From an uncultured delta proteobacterium (lineage in GTDB: Bacteria > Desulfobacterota > Binatia > DP-6), in NCBI GenBank assembly GCA_963815115.1, contig CAWFFN010000005.1, forward strand, positions 1,664,001-1,728,000: 64,000 bases of DNA, in the 5' to 3' direction. Shown here one piece after another: positions 1 to 9,482 of this stretch. A model generated the notes under the pieces. That model was not told where the DNA came from. It ran no database searches and was given only the letters and a program-made list of their open reading frames with translations. The translations under genes were made by a program, and so were the position numbers. Position 1 is the first letter of the stretch; the number at the start of each line of letters is the position of its first letter.

Positions 1-212
1 TGCCCGGTCGTGCCCTGGAGGGTGCCGTTGAAGATCATGTCGACCGGCACGAACTTCGGCGAGCCCTTGGGCGGCTTCCCGGGGTAGCAGCGCCATCCCT
101 GCGGGGCGATCTGCGTGGACGCGGTGTCCGTCCAGAGCAGCGACAGAACCGTTGCCGCGACCACGACGGCGGCGCACACGGCCCACGCTGGCCGGCGGCG
201 GGTTCCTTCCAT
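1..212 (-). CDS. Secreted hypothetical protein (5' part only, runs off window)
   Basis: Read manually: ATG at 212, GGAG RBS at 221-224 (minus); MEGTRRRPAWAVCAAVVVAATVLSLLWTDTASTQ signal-like start; open to the window edge. Confidence 0.6.
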   Translation of the reverse strand, partial: MEGTRRRPAWAVCAAVVVAATVLSLLWTDTASTQIAPQGWRCYPGKPPKGSPKFVPVDMIFNGTLQGTTG

Positions 213-279
213 CGCTCGTCCTCCGTAGGCCGAGGTATCACGGCGCGGCTATTCGTGTCCAGGAGAATCCGGGGATGGA

Positions 280-2052
280 TCATCCCTCGGCGGCGGCCAG
301 GTGCCGGAAGGCAGCGTTGTCGCTCAGGAGGTCCTCGTAGCGGCCCTCGGCGGCGATGCGGCCATCGGCGAGCAGGACCAGGCGATCGCAGCAGCGGACG
401 CTGGTCAGGCGGTGCGCGACGACCACCAGCGTGAGGACCCCGCGCAGCGGCTCGATGGCGCGCAGCAGCTCTGCCTCCGTGTGGTTGTCCAGCGCCGCGG
501 TCGCCTCGTCGAACACCAGGACGTGGGGCCGGTGGTACAGCGCGCGCGCGATCCCGACTCGCTGGCGCTGCCCGCCCGAGAGACGGGCGCCTCGCTCGCC
601 GACGGTGGTGGCGAGCCCCTGGGGCAGGCCCGCGACGAACTCGTCGAGCTGCGCCATGCGCACGACCTCACCCACCCGCTCCTCGTCGACGGCATCGTCC
701 GCGACGCCGAGCGCGATGTTGCGGCGCAACGAGTCGTCCACGAGCGCGACGGTCTGCGGCACGTACCCGATCGCACGTCCCCAGGCGCGGCGGACCTCAC
801 GGAGATCGCGCCCGTCGATCGTGATGCGGCCGGCCGTCGGGGAGAGCAGTCCGCAGAGCAGGTCCACGAGCGTGCTCTTGCCCGCGCCGGTCGCACCGAC
901 GACGCCGACCGATTCGCCGCGCCGGATGGTGAGGTCGAGATCGGCCAGCGCGGGTCCCGGTGCGCCATCGTAGGCGAACGACGCGTTTGCCAGCACGATC
1001 GCGTTGCTGAAGGGAAGCGGTGCCCCGCCGGCGTCGCTGGCGAGCGCGGGAGCGGCGCCGGCCAGGTCCGCGTGCAGCGCGCGCACGGACGCCCCGCCGG
1101 CCCGGATCTCGTTCACCAGCATGAGGATGCGGTTGGCGGAGGGAATCACGCGAAAGCCCGCGTAGGCGTAGAGTCCGAGCAGCGGGACGACGTCCGGGCC
1201 GGGTCTGCCGAGGCGAACGAGTGCCACCACGACCGCCAGCGCCCCGAGCACGAAGACCGATTCGACCAGCACCCGGGGCAGGGCCGCGAGGGTGTCGGTC
1301 AGGTGCCGGACGCGCGCCAGTGCGTCCTGGCTGCGGGCGAACTGGCGGAAGAAGAAGCTCTCGCGGCCGAGGACCTTGATCTCCTTCACGGCGCCGAGGG
1401 TGGCCTGCACCCCTCCCAGCATGTCACGCTCCAGCGCGTACGTGCGCTCGCCCCAGCGGCGGGCGCGCGCCCGCGTCGCGTGCAGCAGGATCGCGCCCGT
1501 GGCGCCGAGCGCGAGCACGAGCCCGAGCGTCATGGCGGGTGACGTGAAACCGAGGACGGCCGTGATGGCGAGGACGACGAGCATCTCGGTGGCCACGGTG
1601 ACGGCGGGCGCGAGCACCCGGCGGCAGACGTCGTCGGCGCCGGTGGTGACGTTGTGGATGAGCTCGGCCGAGTTGCGGCGGAGGTGAAAAGGGTAGGGCG
1701 CTCCCAGATAGACGGCGAGCGCGCGGCGCGCGATCTCGGCGCGTCCCTCGGCCACGCGTGCGGTCTGCACCCACGCCTGCCAGACCTGGAAGGCGTTCTT
1801 CGCCAGGTAGAAGAACGCCAGCAGGACCGTGAAGATCACCACGGTTCCACGCCAGTCGCCTCCGGCGAGCGCCGCGACCACGGGCAGGCGGCCTGCCGCC
1901 GCCGGATCCCCCACGATGCGGATGAGCACGTAGAGGGCGGCCGCGCCGAGCGCCTCCGCTCCCGCGGCGGCGAGCGACAGCGGCACGAGCGCCGCCCACT
2001 GCCGTCGCATGGCGGGTGGCAGAAGCGCGAGGGCGTTCCGGATGGTGGTCAT
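280..2052 (-). CDS. ABC transporter fused TMD+ATPase, PglK/HetA-like lipid-linked oligosaccharide flippase
   Basis: TM segments, YPFHLRRNSAELI and RVIPSANRI (PglK-like), Walker A GATGAGKST, LSGGQRQR, DEATAALD; start MTTIRN overlaps the upstream stop. Confidence 0.85.
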   Translation of the reverse strand: MTTIRNALALLPPAMRRQWAALVPLSLAAAGAEALGAAALYVLIRIVGDPAAAGRLPVVAALAGGDWRGTVVIFTVLLAFFYLAKNAFQVWQAWVQTARVAEGRAEIARRALAVYLGAPYPFHLRRNSAELIHNVTTGADDVCRRVLAPAVTVATEMLVVLAITAVLGFTSPAMTLGLVLALGATGAILLHATRARARRWGERTYALERDMLGGVQATLGAVKEIKVLGRESFFFRQFARSQDALARVRHLTDTLAALPRVLVESVFVLGALAVVVALVRLGRPGPDVVPLLGLYAYAGFRVIPSANRILMLVNEIRAGGASVRALHADLAGAAPALASDAGGAPLPFSNAIVLANASFAYDGAPGPALADLDLTIRRGESVGVVGATGAGKSTLVDLLCGLLSPTAGRITIDGRDLREVRRAWGRAIGYVPQTVALVDDSLRRNIALGVADDAVDEERVGEVVRMAQLDEFVAGLPQGLATTVGERGARLSGGQRQRVGIARALYHRPHVLVFDEATAALDNHTEAELLRAIEPLRGVLTLVVVAHRLTSVRCCDRLVLLADGRIAAEGRYEDLLSDNAAFRHLAAAEG

Positions 2053-3316
2053 CACGCCAGGTCCGGAACGAGCACCGGGCGGGCCGCTGCCGTCCAGGCG
2101 TCCGCCCAGCGCTGATCCGTCTCGCGTGCCACGCCTGCCCGGAGGCGGTCGAGCAGCGCGGCCTGATCGGGGAACCCATCGAGAACGCGGCGCAGGCACT
2201 CCACCAGCTCCTCGGCGCTGCGGAAGAGGAGGGCGTTGTCTCCCTCGCGTGCGAGCTCGCCCAGACACGGTCCGTAGTCGAACGCCACGACGGGCACCCC
2301 CGCGCCGAACAGGTCGGCCACCTTCATCGGGAGGTCGAGTCCCGACGCCGAGCGGTGCAGGCAGAGCCCGAGATCGGCCGCGCCGAGGAATCGGCGATAC
2401 TCCGCGGAGGGCAGCCACAGGGTGCGCAGGTGAACCCGCTCGAGCCGGAGCGCCGCGAAGCGGCGCTCGTAGTCCGCCCTGAGCGGTCCCTGACCCGTGA
2501 CCACGATCGCGAGCCGCGCCCGCGTCGTCCCGACGCGCCGGTCCCACTTGAGGGCGGCGTCCACGAGCAGCTCGAAGTCCTCGTCGGCCGTCCAGCTGGT
2601 CGGACTGACGACGAGTGCCGGGCGTCCCTCGTCACCGTCGCCGGCGAGTCCGGGGAGGTCGAGGCGTAACGCCAGCTCGTCGAGCACTGCTCGCCGGTCG
2701 TCGGGAAGGAGCGGCTCGAAGCCCGCGCCGGGCCGGTCACGAAAGACCGTCGCACGACCGACCTTCCAGCGGACGAGCTCGGCGGCGAGCGCGCGCGAGA
2801 CGCAGAGATGCGCGTCCGCGCATCGTCCGAGGCCCCGTTCGAGACCGCGCGACGAGACCGACCAGGGGGTGTCGCGGGCCCAGGCGCAACGCCAGCATCG
2901 CCCAGCCGAGGTTGTGCCAGTCGACGACCAGGCGGGCGCTCCGGATGCGGCAGACGGCGAGCGCCACCACGAGCGCCGGGATCGTGGGCGGGTTCTGCAC
3001 CAGGATCACGCTGCGGGGCTCGACGGTGCCGGAGAGCGTCGCGAGGAGCGCGGCGGCTGCGCGGACGGCGTTCCAGAGGGCGACGGCCAGGAAGAGCGGG
3101 CGGGGCAGCCCGTGGCGTCGGGCGCCAGCCGGCGCCGCGAGGATGTGCACCACGACGCGGGGGTCGTTTGCGATCTCGGACGGGATACTCGGTCTCCTCG
3201 TAGCCCACGAGGTGCACGTCCGCGCCGCTGTCGGCCAGCGCACGTGCGTGGTACAGCATCCGCGGGCTGCGCCCCAGATCCCCCAGCACCACCACGGTCA
3301 CGCGGAAGCGAGGCAT
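2052..3316 (-). pseudogene. ALG1-like (GT33) chitobiosyl-PP-lipid beta-1,4-mannosyltransferase, split by two +1 frameshifts (~3190, ~2845); pseudogene or sequencing indels
   Basis: Three frames join into VVLGDLGRSPRMLYHA...LVQNPPTIP...VDWHNLGW...SPTSWTADEDF...TGQGP...ADLGLCLHRSASGLDLPMKVADLFG; 1265 bp = 421 codons + 2 extra nt. Confidence 0.85.
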
Positions 3317-4460
3317 GGAGACGGCCGGTGTCATAGCCCACCCGCCGCGGACGCTCCACGGGCGCCGCATCGCCATCGCGGGGGGTGGAACCGCGGGCCA
3401 CGTGCAGCCGGCGCTCGCCGTCGCCGAGGCGTACCGCGCCGCGGTGCCCGACGTCGAGGTCCTCTTCCTGGGGACGCCGACCGGAGCCGAGAGCCGGCTG
3501 GTGCCGGCGCACGGCCATCGGCTCGCGACGGTGACGGCGGCGCCGTTCTTCGGCGTCGGACCGGTCGGCCGGCTGCGCAGCGTCACGGCGCTGGCTGCCG
3601 GCGCCGCGCAGGCGCGCCGCGTGCTGCGCGCCGAGGGGATCGAGCTCATCCTCGGCCTCGGCAACTTCGCAGCCGCCGGCGCAGTCCTGGGCGCCCGGAC
3701 GCTCGGACTCCCCACCGTGATCCACGAGGCCAACGCCGTGGCGGGGGTGGCGAACCGGCTGCTCGGCCGGCTGGTCGATCGCGTGCTGCTCGGCTTCGCC
3801 GACGCCGCGCCGGCCTTTCCACGCGGCGCGACACTGCTCACCGGCACGCCGGTCCGGGCCGCGCTCGGCGGGCTGGCGACCTCGCGCGAGACGCGTGCCC
3901 CGGGAGCGATTCGACTCCTCGTCCTCGGCGGATCGCAGGGCTCGCCGTTCCTGAACGCGCGCGTGCCGGAGGCGGCGGGGCGCGTGGCGGGTCGCGGGCT
4001 CGCGGTGGAGGTCTGGCACCAGACCGGCCGTGGCGACACCGATCCGGTGCGCGCCGACTATCAGCGCAACGGCGTGCCCGCCCGCGTCGTGTCATCCCTC
4101 GACGACATGACGGACGCCTACCGCTGGGCAGACATCGCGATCGCGTGTGCCGGTGCAGTCACGCTGGCCGAGCTGGCCGTCGTCGCGCTCCCGGCGCTCC
4201 TGGTGCCGCTCGCGACGGCGGCGCTCGACCACCAGCGCGCGAACGCGAGCGCCTTCGCCGCTGCCGCCGGCGTATGGTGGACGGGCGAGAACGCCTGGGA
4301 TGCGACCGTCGTCGAGGAGCGGCTCGCCGCGCTGGTCGCCTCGCCGGATGAACGGCGCACTGCCAGGATACGGATCGCCGCCGCGGCCAGGCCGGAGGCG
4401 GCTGCCGACGTGGTGGCGGCCTGCGAGGCTCTCCTCCGGTCGGCCGGTGCGCGCAGGTGA
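3315..4460 (+). CDS. MurG-like GT28 beta-1,4-GlcNAc transferase (paralog outside the dcw cluster)
   Basis: GGGTAGHV, HEAN, TGTPVR, GGSQG, HQTG, DHQRANA motifs. Confidence 0.85.
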   Translation: METAGVIAHPPRTLHGRRIAIAGGGTAGHVQPALAVAEAYRAAVPDVEVLFLGTPTGAESRLVPAHGHRLATVTAAPFFGVGPVGRLRSVTALAAGAAQARRVLRAEGIELILGLGNFAAAGAVLGARTLGLPTVIHEANAVAGVANRLLGRLVDRVLLGFADAAPAFPRGATLLTGTPVRAALGGLATSRETRAPGAIRLLVLGGSQGSPFLNARVPEAAGRVAGRGLAVEVWHQTGRGDTDPVRADYQRNGVPARVVSSLDDMTDAYRWADIAIACAGAVTLAELAVVALPALLVPLATAALDHQRANASAFAAAAGVWWTGENAWDATVVEERLAALVASPDERRTARIRIAAAARPEAAADVVAACEALLRSAGARR

Positions 4461-4467
4461 CGAGGGC

Positions 4468-5517
4468 TCACCGGGAGCCGCGCGCGCGCAGCCATCGCGC
4501 CGTGACGGCGATGGCGAGCACGGCGCCGCCGACGGCGGCGATCGTTGCGGGGCGTCCGGCGACGACGGCGACGACGGCGACGGCGCCGAACGTGGCGCAA
4601 ACCCCGTAGAGGAGCAGCACGGCGCCGCGGTGGCTCATCCCGTCGCCGAGCAGGCGGTGATGGATGTGTCCCTGGTCCGCCCGCGCGATGCCCCCGACAC
4701 CGGCGGCGAGCACGCGCCGCAGCACGGCCAGCGCCGTGTCTGCGACGGGGAGCCCGAGGGCCAGCACCGGTGCGAGCACGACGACGGCGGTCGCGCTCTT
4801 GGCCAGCGACTCCAGCGCGAGAATCGCCATCGTGTAGCCGATGAGCAGGCTTCCCGTGTCTCCCAGGAAGATCGAGGCGGGCGGAAAGTTGTAGGCGAGG
4901 AACCCGGCCAGTCCACCGCCGAGGGCAGCCCACATGCCGGCGGCGTCGTACCGCCCCTCGGCCAGACAGACCAGGCACAGCGCCGTCGCGGCGATCGCAC
5001 CGGTGCCGGCGGCGAGACCGTCGAGGCCGTCGATCAGGTTGATGGCGTTGGTGATGGCGACGATCCAGGCGACGGTGAGCACGCCACCGGCGCCGCCGAG
5101 GTCGAGCCAGTGTCCGGTGAAGGGATTGGTGAGACCCTCGAGGGTGTAGCCGCCGGCGACGGCGAGCGTGGCGGCGAGCACCTGGAGGGCGAGCTTGGGG
5201 GCGACCGGGAGCCCGGCCAGGTCGTCAGCCACGCCGATTGCGACGATCACCGTGAAGCCCGCGATCAGCAGCCCCGGGGTGCGCCCTGGCGCAGCCAGCG
5301 CGTGGAGTGCGCTGCCCCCCGCGAGCCCGTCCAGGACGAGCGCGCCAGCGACGGCGACGAGGACCGCCAGTCCGCCGAGCCGCGGAGTGGGGCGGACGTG
5401 CACGCGGCGCGGACCTGGATCGTCGACGGCCCCGATGCGCCTGGCGGCGGCGCGCACCACGGGAGTGACCAGCAGAGCGAGCGCTGCCGCGGTCGCGGCG
5501 AGGATCAGGTATTCCAC
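4468..5517 (-). CDS. WecA/TagO/MraY-family undecaprenyl-phosphate GlcNAc-1-phosphate transferase
   Basis: PTPRLGG, GVADD, NAINLIDGLDGLA, YNFPPASIFLGDTGS, ADQGHIHHRL (WecA-type HIHH); many TM helices. Confidence 0.9.
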   Translation of the reverse strand: MEYLILAATAAALALLVTPVVRAAARRIGAVDDPGPRRVHVRPTPRLGGLAVLVAVAGALVLDGLAGGSALHALAAPGRTPGLLIAGFTVIVAIGVADDLAGLPVAPKLALQVLAATLAVAGGYTLEGLTNPFTGHWLDLGGAGGVLTVAWIVAITNAINLIDGLDGLAAGTGAIAATALCLVCLAEGRYDAAGMWAALGGGLAGFLAYNFPPASIFLGDTGSLLIGYTMAILALESLAKSATAVVVLAPVLALGLPVADTALAVLRRVLAAGVGGIARADQGHIHHRLLGDGMSHRGAVLLLYGVCATFGAVAVVAVVAGRPATIAAVGGAVLAIAVTARWLRARGSR

Positions 5518-5694
5518 CGTCGCTCACCCGCCCCAGACGAGGGTGCTACCACCGCCCCGCCGGCGCACGCCACCGCGGGTGAGGCGGCGCGTGCTGGTCT
5601 TGCCGGCGGTGCCGAGGTAAGCGGGCGAGTGCCGGCAAGAGACCGCGTGCCGCGCCTGCCGCGCTCCAGGATCGCGCTCCGCCACTACGCCCTC

Positions 5695-6528
5695 GTGAGC
5701 GCCCCTGCGTTCGTGGCATCGCGCGTGCTCGATCGGCTGGTGCGGCCGCGGGTCTATCTCGGCGACCATACCCTGATGACCCGGACGGTCTTCGGTCACG
5801 TCCTCTACCTGGACACACGCGACGACAGCCTGTTGCCGGCGCTCGCCCTGCGCGGGGTCTGGGAGCCGAACGTCACGCGTGTCTTCCTGCGCCTGCTGCG
5901 GCCCGGCATGCGAGTGGTCGAGATCGGAGCGAACGTGGGCTACTACACCGTTCTGGCGGGCTCGTGCGTCGGCCCGTCGGGCAGCGTGGTCGCCTTCGAG
6001 GCCAATCCGCGCGCCGCGGAGCGCCTGCGACGCGCCGTCATCGTGAACGGCTACCAGTGGTGGACGCGCGTGGTCGTGTCGGCCGTCGCGGACCGCCAGG
6101 GTCGGGCGACGCTCCACCTGCTCGAGCGCCAGCAGGGAAGCTCGAGTCTCTTCCCGCGAGGCGACGCGTACCTCGAGCACCACGCCGAACAGGCGAGCCC
6201 GCTCGAGGTGCCCGTGACCACGCTCGACGGGTTTCTCGGGCCAGACCCCGCGCCGATCGATCTGCTGAAGATCGACGCGGAGGGCACCGAGCCGTTGATC
6301 TTCGCGGGCATGAGCGAGCTGCTCGCGCGCAGCCCGCATCTGCGCGCGGTGATCGAATTCGCCCCGCCGCTCATGGCGAACGCCGGGCGCGACGCGGGAG
6401 CATTTCTCGACACGCTCGCGTCACTCGGCTTTCACATCGACGTGATCGACGCGCGCGGCGGCCTTTGCACCGCGACGACCGCGCAGCTCCTCGCCGCCGA
6501 ATCGAGCGAGCTGCTGCTCTCGCGCTGA
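5695..6528 (+). CDS. FkbM family SAM-dependent methyltransferase (start approximate)
   Basis: GVWEP, VEIGANVGYY, VAFEANP, VTTLD, LLKIDAEGTE. Confidence 0.85.
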   Translation: MSAPAFVASRVLDRLVRPRVYLGDHTLMTRTVFGHVLYLDTRDDSLLPALALRGVWEPNVTRVFLRLLRPGMRVVEIGANVGYYTVLAGSCVGPSGSVVAFEANPRAAERLRRAVIVNGYQWWTRVVVSAVADRQGRATLHLLERQQGSSSLFPRGDAYLEHHAEQASPLEVPVTTLDGFLGPDPAPIDLLKIDAEGTEPLIFAGMSELLARSPHLRAVIEFAPPLMANAGRDAGAFLDTLASLGFHIDVIDARGGLCTATTAQLLAAESSELLLSR

Positions 6529-6534
6529 GCGCGC

Positions 6535-8025
6535 TCAGAGATCGAACGCGGCGCTCAGGTCTCCCATCCCTCGCCGCACGCCCGGCAGCGGCTCGAGATC
6601 GAAGCGGCGCGTGATGAACTTCAGGATCGAGGTCGTGTCGTAGCGGGTGTGATCGACGAAGCCGCGCCGGGCGAAGGGCGAGATGACGATGGTGGGGATG
6701 CGGGTGGCCGGCCCCCAGCGGTCGCCCGCGGGCGGCGGGACGTGATCCCAGAAACCCCCGTTCTCGTCGTAGGTGACGATGATCGCCGTGCTCTGCCAGA
6801 GCGGGCTCGCCTGGATGCGCGCGACGATCTCGGCGATGTGCCGGTCGCCCGGCAGGATCGTGGTGTAGCCGGGATGCTCGTTCAGGCTGCCCTCGGGCTT
6901 GTAGAAGGCGACCTGGGGCAGGGCGCCCGAGTCGATGTCCGCCAGGAGCTGGTGGAGGTCCTTCAGATGATCGGTGCGGTCTGCCGTGCCGGGAGCGAAG
7001 CGCGCGAAGTAGTTGAACGGCTGGTGATGGGGCTGGAAGTTGACGGGGTTCTCGTAGATCACGCTGCGCTTGACGTCCGGGGGCTGCATCCCGTCTCTGG
7101 TAGCGGCTTCCCAGGCTCCCGCGTACCAGGCCCACGAGATTCCCCTCGCGGACAGCGTGTCGCCGATGGTCTTCTGACGCTGGGGCGGTAGCGGATGCTT
7201 CGACGGATCCGCGAGGCGCGGATCGCCGCCGGGCGCGGGAGGAATCTGGCTGGGCTGGAACGGCGGCTGCTCGGTGTTCACGGCGTATCCGTCGGGCGTC
7301 ACGCTGCCGTCGAAGAGAAACGGCGGCCCCGACATCGCGGAGGCCGGGGAGCCGGGTCTGGCGAGCAGCTCCCCGTTCTGGTCGAGCATCACGCGCACCG
7401 ACCACGGCGCGTCGGGATCCACGGGCGTGCACGCGCAGACGAGCCAGAAGTGGTTCAGGAACGACCCGCCGAATGCGCCCATGAAGAAGTTGTCGGCCAG
7501 CGTGTACTGGCGTGCCAGGGCCCACATCGGCAGCGTCGCGCCGTCGTAGTAGCCCATGGGCAGGGCGCCGCCGTCGGACATCGCGACGTACCGGTCGAGC
7601 TTGCCGCCGTCGATCTGCGCCCGGTTCTGGTAGTAGCGATGGACGAGATCCCGCGTCCGCTCCGCGATGGACCGGTTGATCGGCGCCGCGTCGATGCGGA
7701 ACGTCGCGTTCGGAAGGTTCGTCGGAAAGGTGGGATCGGGCACGTTGCCATTCCACACCGGTCCGGGAGCGCTGGGCTTCCATACCGGCGGGAGCACCGG
7801 CAGCGGCTTGCCGTCGCGATCGACCTGGATGGTTCGCCTGGCGTTGCCGATCCCGTTGGCGCCCGGGAACAGGCCGTAGAGGTGATCGAAGCTGCGGTTC
7901 TCGGCGTAGATGACGACGATGTGCTGGATCGCGTCGAGTCGCCTCGGCCCCTGGCCGGCTCGATACGGCGAGCACCCGGCGAGGGACAGGAGGGCCAGGA
8001 GGAGGAGACGGAAGACCAGGCGCAA
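6535..8025 (-). CDS. acpA: Acid phosphatase AcpA / phosphoesterase family lipoprotein
   Basis: Lipobox LAGC; VIYAENRSFDHLYG, LADNFF, GGSFLNH, NEHPGY, TYDENGGFWDHV. Confidence 0.85.
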   Translation of the reverse strand: MRLVFRLLLLALLSLAGCSPYRAGQGPRRLDAIQHIVVIYAENRSFDHLYGLFPGANGIGNARRTIQVDRDGKPLPVLPPVWKPSAPGPVWNGNVPDPTFPTNLPNATFRIDAAPINRSIAERTRDLVHRYYQNRAQIDGGKLDRYVAMSDGGALPMGYYDGATLPMWALARQYTLADNFFMGAFGGSFLNHFWLVCACTPVDPDAPWSVRVMLDQNGELLARPGSPASAMSGPPFLFDGSVTPDGYAVNTEQPPFQPSQIPPAPGGDPRLADPSKHPLPPQRQKTIGDTLSARGISWAWYAGAWEAATRDGMQPPDVKRSVIYENPVNFQPHHQPFNYFARFAPGTADRTDHLKDLHQLLADIDSGALPQVAFYKPEGSLNEHPGYTTILPGDRHIAEIVARIQASPLWQSTAIIVTYDENGGFWDHVPPPAGDRWGPATRIPTIVISPFARRGFVDHTRYDTTSILKFITRRFDLEPLPGVRRGMGDLSAAFDL

Positions 8026-8078
8026 CGCTCACCTTCCGCGACGGGGGCGTATCACCGATGGCGTGCGACGGCGAACGA

Positions 8079-8552
8079 CTACTTGACGGTGATCGTTCCT
8101 TGCCGGCCCAGCTTCTCGTCCATCGGCCGCGCCTGGTCCATCACCTTGACGGTGAAGGCGTAGTAGCCCGGCGCGAACGAGCAGACGCTTCCGAAGTCAC
8201 CTGGCGGCATGTCCGCGACGAGATGGCCATCCTCCCCGGTGCGGAACTCCGCCCACGGCGCCTCGCCACGTTCCAGCCGCTTCGGGTCTGCCAGGCGGCA
8301 CGTGACCTTTCCGGCCTGTACGCTGGGAGTCACGAACTCGACCCGCAGGGGCTGGTCCGCCGTGCTGGTGAACCCGACGGTCTCCGCCGTTCCGATCGTC
8401 AGATCCGGCGGATCGATGATGCTCCGGCCGATCAAGATCGTCTTGCGGGCCGGCGCCGCGCTGGAGGTGGGGGCGGGTCGGGTCTGCCCCGCACACCCGG
8501 CCAGCGCCGCCAGTCCAAGTCCTGCCCCGAGCACACGCGTCCATCGGGTCAT
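8079..8552 (-). CDS. Hypothetical lipoprotein, possible cupredoxin-like beta sandwich
   Basis: Lipobox LAALAGC; DPPDLTI..ETVGF and FAPGYYAFTV patterns. Confidence 0.6.
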   Translation of the reverse strand: MTRWTRVLGAGLGLAALAGCAGQTRPAPTSSAAPARKTILIGRSIIDPPDLTIGTAETVGFTSTADQPLRVEFVTPSVQAGKVTCRLADPKRLERGEAPWAEFRTGEDGHLVADMPPGDFGSVCSFAPGYYAFTVKVMDQARPMDEKLGRQGTITVK

Positions 8553-8685
8553 CGATGGGCTCCCCCTTTCGTCCGGTGATGAGGCTTCTGGCGTGACGCA
8601 CTCTTCCCTGTCAAGGAGCGCGTACTCCGACCTCGCGCCTCGCCCGACCCTTGACCGCTACACCGCGCGACGCGAGAAGGGGGAC

Positions 8686-9459
8686 ATGAGCGGCGTCGAC
8701 CTGCGCGGCCGCACGGCGATCGTCACCGGCGCCGGGCGAGGCATCGGGGCGGCCATCGCACGCGGGCTCGACGCCGCCGGCGCCCGGGTGGCGCTGGTTG
8801 CGCGCACGGAGACCGAGCTGCGCGAGGTGGCTGCAGGCCTTCGCAACGACCCCGTCGTCGTGACGGCCGATCTCGGCACGGCGGGGGGACCGGCCGCAGC
8901 CGCCGCCGCCGCGCTCGACGCATTGGGTGGACGGCTCGACGTGCTCGTGAACAACGCCGGTGCCGGCGTCCGCAAGGACAGCCACACCCTGACGGTCGAG
9001 GAGATGGATCGTCTGTGGCACGTCAACGTGCGCGCCGCGCTCCTGCTCGGCGCAGCCGTCCTGCCCGCGATGATCGCCCGCGGCTCGGGCTCGATCGTGA
9101 GCATCTCCTCGATCTCCGGGCGCCGCGGGGCGCCGCGGCGCGCGCTCTACGCGGCCACCAAGGCCGCCCTCGACGGCATGACGCGTGCGCTCGCCATGGA
9201 GTACGGCCCGCGCGGCATCCGGGCGAATGCGGTGGCGCCGGGCGTGGTGGAGACCGCGATGTGGCGCGAGCATCTCGCCGAGCCCGGCGTGGCCGACGCG
9301 GTGCTCGGCGTGATTCCGATGCGCAGGCTCTCGACGGCGGAGGAGGTCGCGGACGTGGTGGTCTTCCTGGCTTCCGACGCGGCGCGCGCGATCACCGGCG
9401 AGGTGATCTCGGCGGACGGCGGCATCCACTCGACGGTCAACCTCTGGCCGACGGTGTGA
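8686..9459 (+). CDS. SDR family oxidoreductase
   Basis: TGAGRGIG, NNAG, YAATK, NAVAPG; GGGGA RBS before ATG 8686. Confidence 0.9.
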   Translation: MSGVDLRGRTAIVTGAGRGIGAAIARGLDAAGARVALVARTETELREVAAGLRNDPVVVTADLGTAGGPAAAAAAALDALGGRLDVLVNNAGAGVRKDSHTLTVEEMDRLWHVNVRAALLLGAAVLPAMIARGSGSIVSISSISGRRGAPRRALYAATKAALDGMTRALAMEYGPRGIRANAVAPGVVETAMWREHLAEPGVADAVLGVIPMRRLSTAEEVADVVVFLASDAARAITGEVISADGGIHSTVNLWPTV

Positions 9460-9482
9460 CGGGTGACACGGCCGCTGCCGCC

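Noticed and set aside
2053-2547. 165-aa N-terminal extension of the ABC transporter in the ORF track
   Set aside because: Overlaps the ALG1-like coding frame; the real start is MTTIRN at 2052
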